From positions 806,001-870,000 of the forward strand of contig NW_027191419.1 of assembly GCF_041146345.1 (NCBI RefSeq): a stretch of DNA of 64,000 bases. Reading direction: 5' to 3'. This document shows, one piece after another, positions 1 to 11,880 of this stretch; position 1 is the stretch's first letter; every line of letters starts with the position of its first letter. The notes under the pieces were generated by a model. It worked only from the letters and a program-made list of their open reading frames with translations. It made no database searches and was not told the DNA's origin. The translations under genes and the position numbers were made by a program. The stretch comes from Neodothiora populina. Its lineage: Eukaryota.

Positions 1-542
1 CTCTACCCTCAACTGAAATCCCATTTTTTCAAAATTATACAAACAGTAGTTGCTACATCTTCTCTGGTGGATTACGAAAGCATCTAGTTGGCATTCAAGT
101 CGTATGCCGTGCTACAAAGACAGGAAGTGAGAAGCGTGAACTGGATGGCGTGCCTTGATAGCGTGGACGGAGATATTGGACAGGGTCGCTACCTCGTCGA
201 AAGAACACCTAATTCAGATGCCTTGGTACTCGTCGAGTTGTCGAGTCGTCGAGTATAAGACAGACAACGAATGTCCATTGTTACGAGCTACAAGTTTCAG
301 GTTCGAGTGCTGTAAGCCATAAGCAATTCACAGAGCAGCTATGAAGCAATATTTCGGCCACATTCACGACTTCGAGTAAGCGTCACAAACAAGCAGCTTT
401 TCTCCACTACTTCGAGACTTGGTTTCTATCTGTGCAACAAGATCTAATCTATGTTCGTGAACATGCTAATCATGATCGATTAGTCATTTTGAATCCAAAC
501 GGAGAACAAGCCTAAATCAAAAGTAGACGTTTGCCTACAAGC

Positions 543-1766
543 TCAAGGCCAGTACTTGTTAAGGAAAGCAACGATGTTCTTGACCCAAGGAGCGTCCAGG
601 GTAACCTCTCCGTCGAATCCGTGCTCGCCATCTGGGGTCTCTACGTGCATGGGCACCTCGGGAAGAAGCTGACCCAACTTCTTCGCAAAGTCAATAGTGT
701 TATCGCATGGGACCTATAGTGATCGGATCAGCCATGTGCGATGCGGAATACCATGTAAGCTATCTCGGTAGGACTCGATGATCATCACTTACGACAGAAT
801 CTTGCTTTCCGTGTGTAAAAGCGATGGGAGGAAAGCTCTTCACCCCCTCGATTCCCTTGATCGGGTTTGCTCTGGGGCCTTTGCCGACAGCGTCGCCCAG
901 CTTGCCGGCATTCAGGTAGGCGACAGCAAGGGGCCACAATTCCCCAGGTGATGCCTCGAGGCGGACCTTTGGGTTGGGCACATCTACGTGCTTGGCATGG
1001 TACGCTGCGATGAACTCATTCGCTTTCGCGAGGGGTTGAGCAGGTTCACCGAAGATGACACCGCCTGGGGCGCTGAAGTTGGGGTGGTCCATGTCCACCG
1101 AGCCGTATTGAGACACGATTGCCTTGATGCCTGCATTTGGGCATAGAATGCCAGACTGTATAGAGAGATAGCCACCTGAGCTTCGACTCAGCACTGTCTC
1201 ACACGTTTGCGCATCGCCAGAGAATTGGTTTCACGGATGCGCGAGCTCATGCCTGGCGATGGATAGAAATGAACTCACCAGCACTCTCACCGAAGACAGC
1301 AAGACTGTTCAGGTCGACCTCAAGCTTTCCTTCAGTTGATTTCTGGACTTCCTTGTTCAAGTCGCTGTGCAACCAGGTGAAGAACGACTCGACGTCATCT
1401 AACATGTCGTCGGTCGTGGCCTCGGGCAGGAGACGGTAGTCAGGGCTGACGACAATAGCTCCCCTCTGCTCCGCAAGTTGCATAAGCCTGGGGGTGATAC
1501 GAGGTTAGCAGACACAAACCTTATAGAACATAGTGTTCACTAAAGACTAGCGACTTTAAGAGAACTCACCAAGCACCGAACCAAGGTTCAAACATCCTCG
1601 AACCAAGCATGTAGCCGCCGCCATGCCAGTGAACCATGACGGGACGCTTGTCACTGGCGAAAGGCTTCTTGGGCACCATGATGGAGGTCTTCAGCGACAA
1701 GCCCGCCACGGTCTTGTAGACCACGCCATCGGTGATGTTAAACAAGCCGAACTTCGTCACAGACAT
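543..1766 (-). CDS. Alpha/beta hydrolase (hormone-sensitive lipase/esterase family), 4 exons
   Basis: Exons approx 1766-1570, 1487-1279, 1175-793, 713-543 joined by GT..AG introns in consistent phase. Motifs: HWHGGG oxyanion motif, SPDYRLLPE, GESAGG nucleophile elbow across a splice junction, HGKQDSVVP and GEHGFD. Confidence 0.9.
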
Positions 1767-2043
1767 GATTGTATGTAGATATGTGGATGTAGGAAATCAG
1801 AAGGACTCGACAACTCAGATCCGATTAATATTGCAGAACAGATATATCAATAAGTCGGTCAATAATAATGAGGGGCAACGGCTCATGACATTTCGGATCC
1901 GTACAACCTCAGTGGTTCGGCATTAGCGCTCTACTATCCGTTCCGGTGGGGAGCTTATGAATCCGCGGGGCATTCCGCAGGCATCTTCAAGTAGATTGAG
2001 CATTTTCGTGTGGTTGGTACTATAGACGACAATGCATGCATGT

Positions 2044-2069
2044 TGTGTGTGTGTGTGTGTGTGTGTGTG
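2044..2069. repeat. (TG)n microsatellite
   Basis: About 13 TG units read directly. Confidence 0.95.
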
Positions 2070-2429
2070 GAAAAGACAGGAAAGAAAGCGATCACTGTCT
2101 TAGATGATCCGAAGTGAAGGAAGACGAGGCTCAAAATCAGAAACATCGCTCCTAGTAGTCCTCACAGAGCTTGTAGTCATGCGGATAAGCAACCTGAATC
2201 CTTCGGTGCAGTCTGCCTATCCTGTTTCGGACAAGTCTCAGATCTGTGTCAGGCTTGGCGGAGTCCGAATGAGGTCTATGCTGTGTTGACCATCTCGACT
2301 GTTTGTATCTCTGATTGATATGATACCCTATGCACAGCGTCGAGTTCGAGAGTACACTGTATAGTAGAATAGAAGCATTGCAGAACAACAGGAGAATTGT
2401 GTATCACTGCTTCAACACCTGGCGCAAGC

Positions 2430-4938
2430 ATGGAGACGTCTCCTTTCTTCGACTGTAAGTCTTCAGCGGACTGTTCGATCCAGTCCTTTTCTTGTGATAT
2501 ACTCTCGTGTCTATTTCTAATTATATAATTGCGATTGGAGATGGGGAAAGTGCAAGAATAGCGGTGATACTGCGATGAGCTCGCAAGCCTCGTCTACATG
2601 ACGTGTGCATTGTACTCTGGCCACTTATCTTTCTATGGTAGCGTGCTGTCCCAAAGCTGGTTGGCATTAGAGTGTTGCAGGAACCAGATCTTTGTCCATA
2701 ACACGAAGTCTATCACATGAAAACGCCCAACTGTTCTTTTCTTTCATTCTCTTTTGTGTGATTATATCGATGTTAGCAGCACAAGACTGGCTCATCACTG
2801 CACGGTCATGACTGACATCACCCAGCATCTACTCTTGCGGTTCCATCTCCAAACGGCCAATATGTTGCATCGATAACCTTGAACCACCTCTACATACAAT
2901 ACGCCCATTCCCTGGAGACGGCCTTCACTTTCCCACTAACCCCAGACCGAGCCTCTTCGAAGCCCTCGAGACCAAACACCAGGTCGTCTGCCAACCTCCA
3001 GTCTAAGTCTTCAGTCGCGACATCACTAGACTCGGTTACCATCCAGTGGTCACACACTTCCGAGCATATCTTGCTCATCTCACCTTCAGGGCTAGGCGTC
3101 TTTTCTCTCGCCAATACAGAGAGACGTGTGCGTATATCTAATGGAAGTGCGGGACTTGGTAGGATCGTGGCGGCTGATATGGTGGGGTTGAGACAAGGTG
3201 GCGAACAGGTGCTTGTGGTGTGGGAGTTTGGGAGAGTGGCAGTGTGGGACTTTTCCACTGGACGAGCAGCGGAGGAACTAGGTGATCTGAAGATTGGAGG
3301 AGGGAGATTGAGTAGCGCTTGGGGTGTTCGGAGAATAGAGGGAAAGGTAGAAGGTATGTTGATTCTACGTGTATGTCTTCATGGGTTTTTGCTGATGAGT
3401 TTGGGACAGTGCTTGCTTTATTGGGTCGATCAGGGGCACAAGACATACTGTCCCTATTTCTCCCACCATCAACGACTCCCTTTCGAACCATGGTCTTGGC
3501 CACAATTGATGCTCAATCCATCACATGGTCTTCAACTTTCCCAGCCTGGCTTTCAGTGCTCGACACACCCCTTGCGGCACCCAGCGCTCCGAGTCTTTAC
3601 ATATACACTGGCGATGGCTATCTCTACCGCACGTGGCCGAATCACCAAGCCGCTGCCGCTGCCGATGCGGATGGTGGCGACGGGGCAGATGATATGATAG
3701 CTCAACTAGGCCCCAAAAGTCTCGCTTGGTCGCCACACTCCAACTTGGCTTTGGCAGCAAGTGCAACAAGCGATATCACCATGCTCTCAACTCGCACGTT
3801 CGCACCCTTCTGCACTCTGGATCCAGGCTCCATAGCCCCAGACTTCTGCCACAGGGAGTCTTCCTCTTTCGGTAGCAGAGGAAGGGGAAAGGGCGGAGAC
3901 GCGGGACAGATAACGTATAATCTACTCGCATCGAACTCTATACCGCTGCCTGCAGGAGGTCTAGCAGCGATGGGGACAGTCATGGAGATGAAGTGGAGCA
4001 CTCAAGGTTCTTTCTTGGCAGTACGCTACGAAAATGTGCCATCAACAGTATTGGTGTGGCGCGTACCTTTACCCTCCCCGTCGTCAAGAGCAAGACCGGC
4101 GGGACACGAGAAAGTGCAGCCCGAGGCGCCGGTGATGATACAGCAACTACGACAAGTAGAGAAGCTGGTGTGGCATCCGGCGCGAGACTCGTTGCTCATG
4201 ATGCTAAGTGGGACCGACGAGCAGACACAAGAACGGGAAGATGGAGGCGTTTATCTATTCGATGCTGCTGGCGACCAGCCGCCTCTACACCTATCTTTGC
4301 CGCTTCAACATGGATCTCCTCAACTCACGGGAACGGACATGGGGATCAGAAAGACAGTGGAGGCACAGTTTGTCTCTTCGGCAGCTTCCTTTGCCGAGGC
4401 ATCAGTGGCCGAGGCAGAAAAATTGAGGCTGCTCGTATCGAGGAAGCGGAAAGGTTGGTTCATGGTGTACCCAGAGGGTCGTGACGAGGACGTTGAGGAG
4501 CAGCGACAAGCACCAGCGACGCCTAGCGCAAGGACAGAGAAGAAGAAGAGGTTCGATAAAGTGGAGTTTGAGCGAGGAGGTGAAGAAACGGAACATGGAG
4601 AGGACGACGATTCACTCTATGATATTCTCACCGGGCGCACACCGCTGCCGCCTCTGTCGAATGTGTCGAGGGAAGCACATGCGGATGGTGGAGCCGAGGA
4701 GGAGGAAGAAGAAGAAGAAGAGAAAGAAGAAGAAGAAGAAGAAGAAGAAGAAGACGGAAACTATGATGATGAAGATGAGGATCAAGGACAAGGCATGACC
4801 TCGACACTGACCATCACCAATGGTCTCGAGGATACATTTCGAGAGAAGCTACACTTTCGTGAGCAGAAGCACGAGGATGATGACAGCAGAGAGGCGGGAC
4901 AGAGGTCGACGCTCAGCTGGGAAGACGAGATATTCTAG
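2430..4938 (+). CDS. WD40-like beta-propeller protein, probable WDR8/WRAP73 family (spindle pole body associated), 3 exons
   Basis: A 25-nt first exon (METSPFFD, 2430-2454, donor GTAAGT) splices in phase to the CTGAC..CAG acceptor at 2825, giving ..SSTLAVPSPNGQYVAS... A second intron (~3354-3409) joins the 3319..4938 ORF. WD-like elements: WSPH, WSTQGSFLAVR..PSTVLVW, LVWHP. Acidic poly-Glu tail. Confidence 0.65.
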
Positions 4939-5364
4939 CGAAGGACGGCGGAGCGGAGACGAAGGGCGGGCTTTAATTCAAGTCGATGGTAATCATCCAT
5001 GCCATCAATCCATTAATGGTTTAATCGATCAGCCAAATTTCGGACATTGGCGTCGATCAAGTCCGAAAGCTTATTACCTACAAGTCACCTCGGTGTTGGT
5101 ATTATTATTACTTCGCTGTTGGTGGTGTGTTAGCAACGAGCACCTTCCATCATTACCGTATTCCGGTCATTCGTTGTTTCCATGATTCACTGCTTCTGAA
5201 CCTGTTCCTGCTTCTTCCAACCATTCCATTTCTTGGTTTCTTCTCTTTCTCTTTCTACAATCTCGAAACAGCCACTTGACCAAGCAAACAAAGGTCGTCG
5301 GCTTTGTATCTCCGCCGTCGCTGCACAAAAGTGCAATCCGGTCGCCAATCCAAGAGCATATTAC

Positions 5365-5724
5365 ATGAACAAGTACTACCAAATCCACAGCCTGAGCAGT
5401 CGTCAATCGCCCCGAGACATGACGCAGCCCATGGATCAAACACCCCCCGGCCCGGCTCCCACGGACGCATATCAGTGGAGGGAGTCGGTGCTGTCTACGC
5501 GGAGTCTGTCGTATATCAGCACTGTGCCCGACGAGTACGAGGGCGGTGGCAGAAGCCGTGGCGTGCACAACTTTGGCAATACTCGACAAGACACACTCAT
5601 GTCCATTTCGTCGCTGGGCGAAGACGAAGCCGAGGGACAGGAAGAGGAGGAGCGAGACCAAGAGCAGGAGCAAGAGGGGGCGAGCCTCGAGGTCAAGGGA
5701 CAGCGACAACAACAACAGCAACAA

Positions 5725-5762
<38 letters not shown>

Positions 5763-6371
5763 ACAAAAGCAGTCGAAAGAGTCAATGCCCAAATCAGAGA
5801 CAAAGCAAAGATCAAGTCGACTCTTCACTCTCCCGCTAGAACTGCGCCAATTAATCTTCTCCTACGCCCTGTCTCCTCACAATCCCACCCCATCAGACCT
5901 CGAGATCTCCTGGCCTTCGACCCACCTCCAAGCTCATCTGCAGCCCCAGTTGCTCCGAGTCTGCCGCCAGATCTATCACGAAGCAGGAGCCATCCTCTAC
6001 ACAACAACAAACCTCTCCTTCGCCCACCCCAGCGACGCCAACATGTGGCGCCACACCCTCGCATCTCCGCACTTCACAAGTCTTCTGCCTCACTTCACCA
6101 TGCGCATACGGGCAGCCGACGCCAAACTCTGGACCGCATACTTCAACTCACACTCTCTAGACAGAAGCCTAATCATGGACTTTCCCCTGATCAAGAGTCT
6201 CACAATCAAGTACACCGGCCTGCGCTACGAACCCCGCTACACCCCGGAGCAGAACGCGCACCTGTTCCTCAAGGATCTCCGTCTGCAGGAACTGATCCTG
6301 AGCGTACGCAAAGGCAGCTCGGAGTGGTGGAAAAGAGAGCAGGCACACTCGGCTCGCCAGGCGGATAGGAG

Positions 6372-6402
<31 letters not shown>

Positions 6403-6663
6403 AACCCTGCCGATCCCAGTGCCATTGACACGGCCAATTCTCACCCTCCACAGAACACAAAAGAAGCCACCGGCCCTCCCGTCGTCCGCGTCTCTCTCTG
6501 CATCCACTTGCCGGAACCATTGAAACAACACGTGCGCGACGGACACATCAACCCGAAAGCCGAGGCCGATCGCTTCAATGCTGTGATATTCGTGCGCGAG
6601 GCCTGGTTGCTGGGCTGCTATATCAAGGTTCAAGACGTGGCAAAGGAGGGCGTGTGGGACTGA
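5365..6663 (+). CDS. Fungal F-box-like protein with poly-Gln tract; start uncertain (ATG 5365 or 5419)
   Basis: Long ORF with SRLFTLPLELRQLIFSYAL followed by LLRVCRQIYHEA..ILY, typical of fungal F-box-like proteins. Confidence 0.7.
5707..5760 (+). repeat. Coding (CAA/CAG)n poly-Gln repeat
   Basis: Read directly; 18 consecutive Gln codons. Confidence 0.95.
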
Positions 6664-7042
6664 GTCGAGCGAGGGGAAGAGCGAGTTTTAAAAAAAAACA
6701 AATACACGTATACGGAAGACGAAAAGAAGCAACATATCGGCGTTGGGTATAGCGGTTTTGTTCCGAGCCAGGGGAAGATGCTATAAAAATCACGACGTTT
6801 ATGACATTGGCAGGTAAAAAAGGGGCGTAACATCACTTGGAGGCTGCATTTTTTGCCGATTAACATCGACCACATCAAAAGTAATACTTGAAGCACTCGC
6901 GTGCTCAGAGAAATGGCAGAAACTAAGAAATGGGAGAAGTAATCATCTCATGTCTACGGCCTCTATTGCTACTCTAATACAAAATAAAAGCCCGAAAAGA
7001 GCCTCGAACCCGCTCCCAAACTTGCTCCAATTTTGCCACGCT

Positions 7043-7295
7043 TCAGAACGGAAATTCCGACCGAGGTGATCGAGGCGTCGCTGGCACCAACACAGGAGTA
7101 AGAGGAGGCGTGATGCCGATTCTCGTCTCGACGTAAAGGCTAGTCTCATCATTCACGTCTCCTGGCTGGCCGTTCGGGGTGACGACAGGACTATCTGGGC
7201 TATTGGCACTTTCAGATCCACCCTGTTGCCGCCGATGGTCTCGTTGTCCATGATGTTGGATCTGCACTTGTTGATGTTGATGTTGATGTTGATGT

Positions 7296-7330
<35 letters not shown>

Positions 7331-8544
7331 CTGATGCTGATGATGAGGGTGATGATGTCGGTGATGCTGCTGGTGCTGGTGCTGCGACTGTTGTCCACTG
7401 CGGTGCCGTGCATGACTGTGCGAAGTCACTGCACCCGCGCTCAAGAATCCGGCTCCCTTCCCGCCAATCGGCCACGCCCTGTGCAGAACATTCCTCGCAG
7501 CTTTGACTTCTCCTCTGATTCGCTTGTACTCGGTATAATCATCGATTTCTTCTGCAGTGGGTCGACGAACGACGTCTGTCATTGCCGTCTGTTTCGGCAT
7601 GCGAGTCAAGGTCACATCGTAGTTCCATTGGCAGGCTTTCTCGTCGTAGGTGATTGTCCAGCCAGTCACAGTGTACAGCCCCTCATATCTCACCCCAGCC
7701 CTTGGAGTCCAGAAGCTGCGAAGAGTGTGACTTCTCAGCAGACGTAATGGCTGCCGAGCTTCGACGTAAGCGGACGTCAACCGATACCGACCTGTATCGG
7801 ATGACTTGCATCTATACGTGCAAGACAGCGATCCGGGTCCGCTAATCTCGTCGTGGTGAGTCATCAGCAGCGCGTAGGCGCCTTTGCCGTCGCTCGTTAT
7901 ACCGCCCAGAGGGTTTCCGTTGTCGATGATACCTGCACGGTAAGCATACATGGCATTGATCCACCAGCTATTCTCCAATGTGAGCCTCATCGCGACTCGT
8001 TCTCAGAAATTGCCAAAGGAAGGACCACTTACTCGCCTGGTTTAAACCCAAGATCACCATGTCGTCGTGAAACAGTCGGCGAAACAAGAATGCCAGGCGT
8101 CTTCAACCACTTGATCAACAACTTCTCCCTCTCGACATCCTCAGGCGAACTGATTCCATTCAACCGTCCTTCACCTTCGTAGAGCAACGGTCTCATTTCC
8201 TCCAGTGATCCATGGCTCTCCTCCAAGTGCTTGATCACATGCTCGACCTTGTCAATTAGCTTCCCGGGCCACCTGGTCGCACGACCGGTGATCTCGAGTA
8301 AGGCACGGGGGACCCGAGAGTAAACAAGGGTCTCGGTCGGGATGCTTGCGCGACAGAGCTCGTCGAAGAAGGTGACGAGTGTCAGGACGATGTCGGGGCA
8401 GAGGACGTCTGGTCCTTCTCGCGCGACCAGAGGATCCAACTCGTCTCTGATCCAGCTCGCTCGCTTGCGCAGGTAGTCACGGTCCAGGAAGAGGGGCTGG
8501 GCGAGATCTAAGGTCGTCCAAGTTGTCGGGATGGGTCTCTGCAT
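7043..8544 (-). CDS. SRA/YDG (PUA-like) domain protein with poly-His C-terminal tail, 2 exons
   Basis: Exon 8544-8033 (donor GTAAGT) joins exon 7967-7043 in phase: ..HGDLGFKPGDWWINAMYAYRAGIID..GGI..GAYALLM..PLRLLRSH..GVRYEGLYTV, consistent with an SRA fold and YDG-like motif. Confidence 0.8.
7262..7345 (-). repeat. Coding (CAT/CAA/CAG)n His/Gln repeat
   Basis: (GAT)n and (GTTGAT)n on the + strand encode a poly-His run and HQ repeats. Confidence 0.9.
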
Positions 8545-9609
8545 AGTTTCTTTTCTTCTTGTTGTGGTCTCTGCTCTGTATTTGTTATATGGGAGTGAGG
8601 TTATAGATGGATGACACACAGATAGGAGTATAAGCTGCAAAGACAATGTGTGGCAGACTTGAGGTCGAGCAATGACAAGAACAACAAGCGATAAATGGTG
8701 AAACGTCAATGGCTGGCAACTGCTATCTTCAACGAGTCGCTCCTTCCCTAGTTATATCTACATGTACAATCAACACACGGATGGATTAACACCACGAAGG
8801 AAGTGTCTTGTCCACGACTCCTCGGCCATCCGCCTTTGTCTCTGATTGTTGGATTTTGAGACAGCAAAACACGCACGCAGAGAATCGTTGACAAGAAGAA
8901 GTCCCACCATGTGATGTGATGCAGACACACATTTCCTCACCGCATATTATATGTGTATCTGTTTGTCTGTCTGTCTGTCTGTCCAGCAGCAGCAAGCCCG
9001 GAGACTTGGTTCATGATTGCAGGCAGGGTCGCAGGCCATGCGGAGTAAATGTATTGCTGGTGCGACACAATACGAAGTCTGTCACATGGCCAGACAGCAC
9101 TTTTGCAGTGAGCGAGCATGAAAAGTCCAAATTAGATAGGAGATGGTCCTTTCAGTGGGAACATGAACGAAGAGGATCTCTCTGTTCAGGCAGTGCGGTC
9201 AAGCACATGACTAGGTATGAGCACAGCCCAGGTTGTGTATATTTTTTTAAGACGGCTTCTGTGGCAAGTTGACACTGACTGACGCCTGACATGTACTGTA
9301 CAGTAGGTAGTATTTACCTTACAGTGCACCCGCCTTACTCTACCTTAGTGTAGAGCCAACCACGGAGTGACTGAGGTGCAACTGATGCAATGGGCAGATG
9401 GGCGCCAAGACTACCGCAAAGAGAGTCGCTGCCGCCAAGACTTTGTGGAGAAAGCCGAAGATGACCCGTTAGCGAAGACCCAGCGAATTATCCACTTTTT
9501 CGCACTCGATCTTCCAACAGATTTACTCTGTTTCTTTCGACGACGACAACGACCAGCGCCAATCCATCACCTCCCGCCGTTCCATCTCTTCTATATCATC
9601 CCAGCAACA

Positions 9610-10323
9610 ATGTCTGACGCCGGCGAAATCGAGGTCGAGAGCCCCCAGGGTTACTCTGTCCTTCCCAAGGATGTCGCCCAGGAGATTGGCAGCATCAAGC
9701 TCTTCAACAAGTGGACCTACGAGGACGTCGAGATCAGAGATATCTCCTTGACCGACTACATCCAGATCCGCCAGCCCGTCTACCTCTCCCACTCTGCTGG
9801 CCGTTACGCCGTCAAGCGTTTCCGCAAGGCCCAGTGCCCCATCATCGAGCGTCTCACCAACTCGCTCATGATGAACGGCCGCAACAACGGCAAGAAGCTC
9901 ATGGCTGTCCGCATTGTCGCCCACGCCTTCGAGATTGTGCGTTTTCTCTCTTTCTTTCTCTATTCTGCTTCATGCGCATCCCGCTAATTTCTGTGTCTGC
10001 AACAGATCCACATCATGACCGACCAGAACCCCATCCAGATCGCCGTCGATGCCATCGTCAACTGCGGTCCCCGCGAAGACTCCACCCGTATCGGTTCCGC
10101 CGGTACCGTCCGTCGCCAGGCCGTCGATGTCTCCCCTCTCCGCCGTGTCAATCAGGCCATTGCCCTCCTGACCATCGGTGCCCGTGAGGCCGCTTTCCGC
10201 AACATCAAGTCTGTTGCTGAGTGCCTTGCTGAGGAGCTCATCAACGCCGCCAAGGGCTCCTCCAACTCTTACGCCATCAAGAAGAAGGACGAGCTCGAGC
10301 GTGTCGCCAAGTCCAACCGATAA
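9610..10323 (+). CDS. RPS5: 40S ribosomal protein S5 (uS7), 2 exons
   Basis: Highly conserved uS7 sequence ([48 protein letters not shown]). Intron ~9937-10005 (GTGCGT..CTAAT..CAG). Strong codon bias. Confidence 0.98.
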
Positions 10324-11804
10324 ACGTATCGCCCACTTTTTTACAGTGGTATACTTGTTCGGCTGGTGTGGATATTGATGATGATGTTCGAAAAGAGGGC
10401 TTGTTGAAAGAGACAAGTCGGAAAAAGCAAGGACTATTATTTCACTCGACTGCAAGCGTTATTTCAGGCGTTGGTACATACCCTTTTCAGATACGATATG
10501 TGGGCGGGAGCGCCTGGAGAAATGACAAGAAGAACTACAGTTTGAGAGAGCACTTGATCCTGGGCGATGATACCGCAAGTGACTCGTGGAGATATGGCCT
10601 TTTTTTTTCCTGTTCTAGTGAATCGCGTAGATGTTATGGGACAAGGTGAGTGTTGCGTTGACACCAGGTAAGTACATATTTTTCTCAAGTGAGGCCTGCT
10701 GCCAGACCGGGTCGCCAGACCTTTCGCCTGTCGCCGCATGCGAGAGTCAATGATACGGCTGTCGCATCGCAGCGGTGGCTGTGAACACAGCGTGCAAGGT
10801 AGGCCAACGTTTGGTACTCCACTGTTCCATGCATCGTGATGTTTATCCCAATATCACGTGCCACTGGCATACCCCCTACATCAGGTCACCGAATTGACCG
10901 GTCGAACACGACATTGCTATCTCAAATGTTCAGCGCCCTCTTATTGACTGCATGGCCTCGAGCATAACTGAAGTAGCGCACAGCAAGAAAGAAGCCTCAG
11001 GATTGGCGAAAAGCACATCCTGTGTTCCTAGAAAATTGGACCCGTCTTTTATCCTTTGCCTCAATGTCCAGCTTCTTTGGGGCTCGGTCGAGGATGGAGG
11101 TCGTGGATGAGGGTCTTGGTACGGGAAAGACATTTCCTCCTCTTGTCTTCTTTTTACTTTGAGTTCTGTTCATATTGCATTAAATCTCAATTTTACGGCT
11201 ATTTACAAATCTCTAAGATCATGTCGACTAGACTATACACAACGCAATACACCCATCCTACACAGTCATGGTATAGTGCGTGTCATCGCTATCGCCTCAA
11301 GGTACCTCCCCCTGCCTAAATTATAGTCAAATGGCACGAAGGGAGTCAAACAGTATCGTCGAACATGAAGAGTGCAGCTCATTTGAATGATACCGCTCGT
11401 TGAGTCTGACCCTTCGTGGTACTCGTTGGCTGGGTTTTCAGCTGGTTGTTCGGCGCCCAGGAGGTAAGAACGTGCATCGAGTCGGGGTTCTGGTGAGAGA
11501 CATTCGTCCATCCATCCATGCATTCATTTTTTTGTCTTTTCACAAGCCGATGATGTAGGGAAAATACAGAACAGGACAGCAGGCATATTGTTGTCTTCTT
11601 CCAGGATTTTGAATCAAATGCAGATGATGGAGAAGAGAGAAGAACGGCAGGAACAGTGACAGTATAGTATAATGCACGTGCAAGTGCAAAACGAGGTGTA
11701 TATACCCAAAAGGAAAGAACAACACGCCCTTTTGCCCTTTCCACAAACCCCCTAAAAACAGAAGAAAGAGACAGAGAAAATCTTTCAACTCCTTGCTTGA
11801 TGCA

Positions 11805-11845
<41 letters not shown>
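11805..11845. repeat. (CGA)n trinucleotide microsatellite
   Basis: About 13 ACG units just past the stop of the minus-strand coiled-coil gene. Confidence 0.95.
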
Positions 11846-11880
11846 AACGAAAGGTGATGAAAAGAAAGTACCGGACTCGT

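Noticed and set aside
5304..6368. 354-aa alternative-frame ORF
   Set aside because: Overlaps the F-box-like gene; composition fits an off-frame read.
9366..9374. Homol-D-like GTGACTG upstream of RPS5
   Set aside because: Imperfect single short match; cannot be distinguished from chance.
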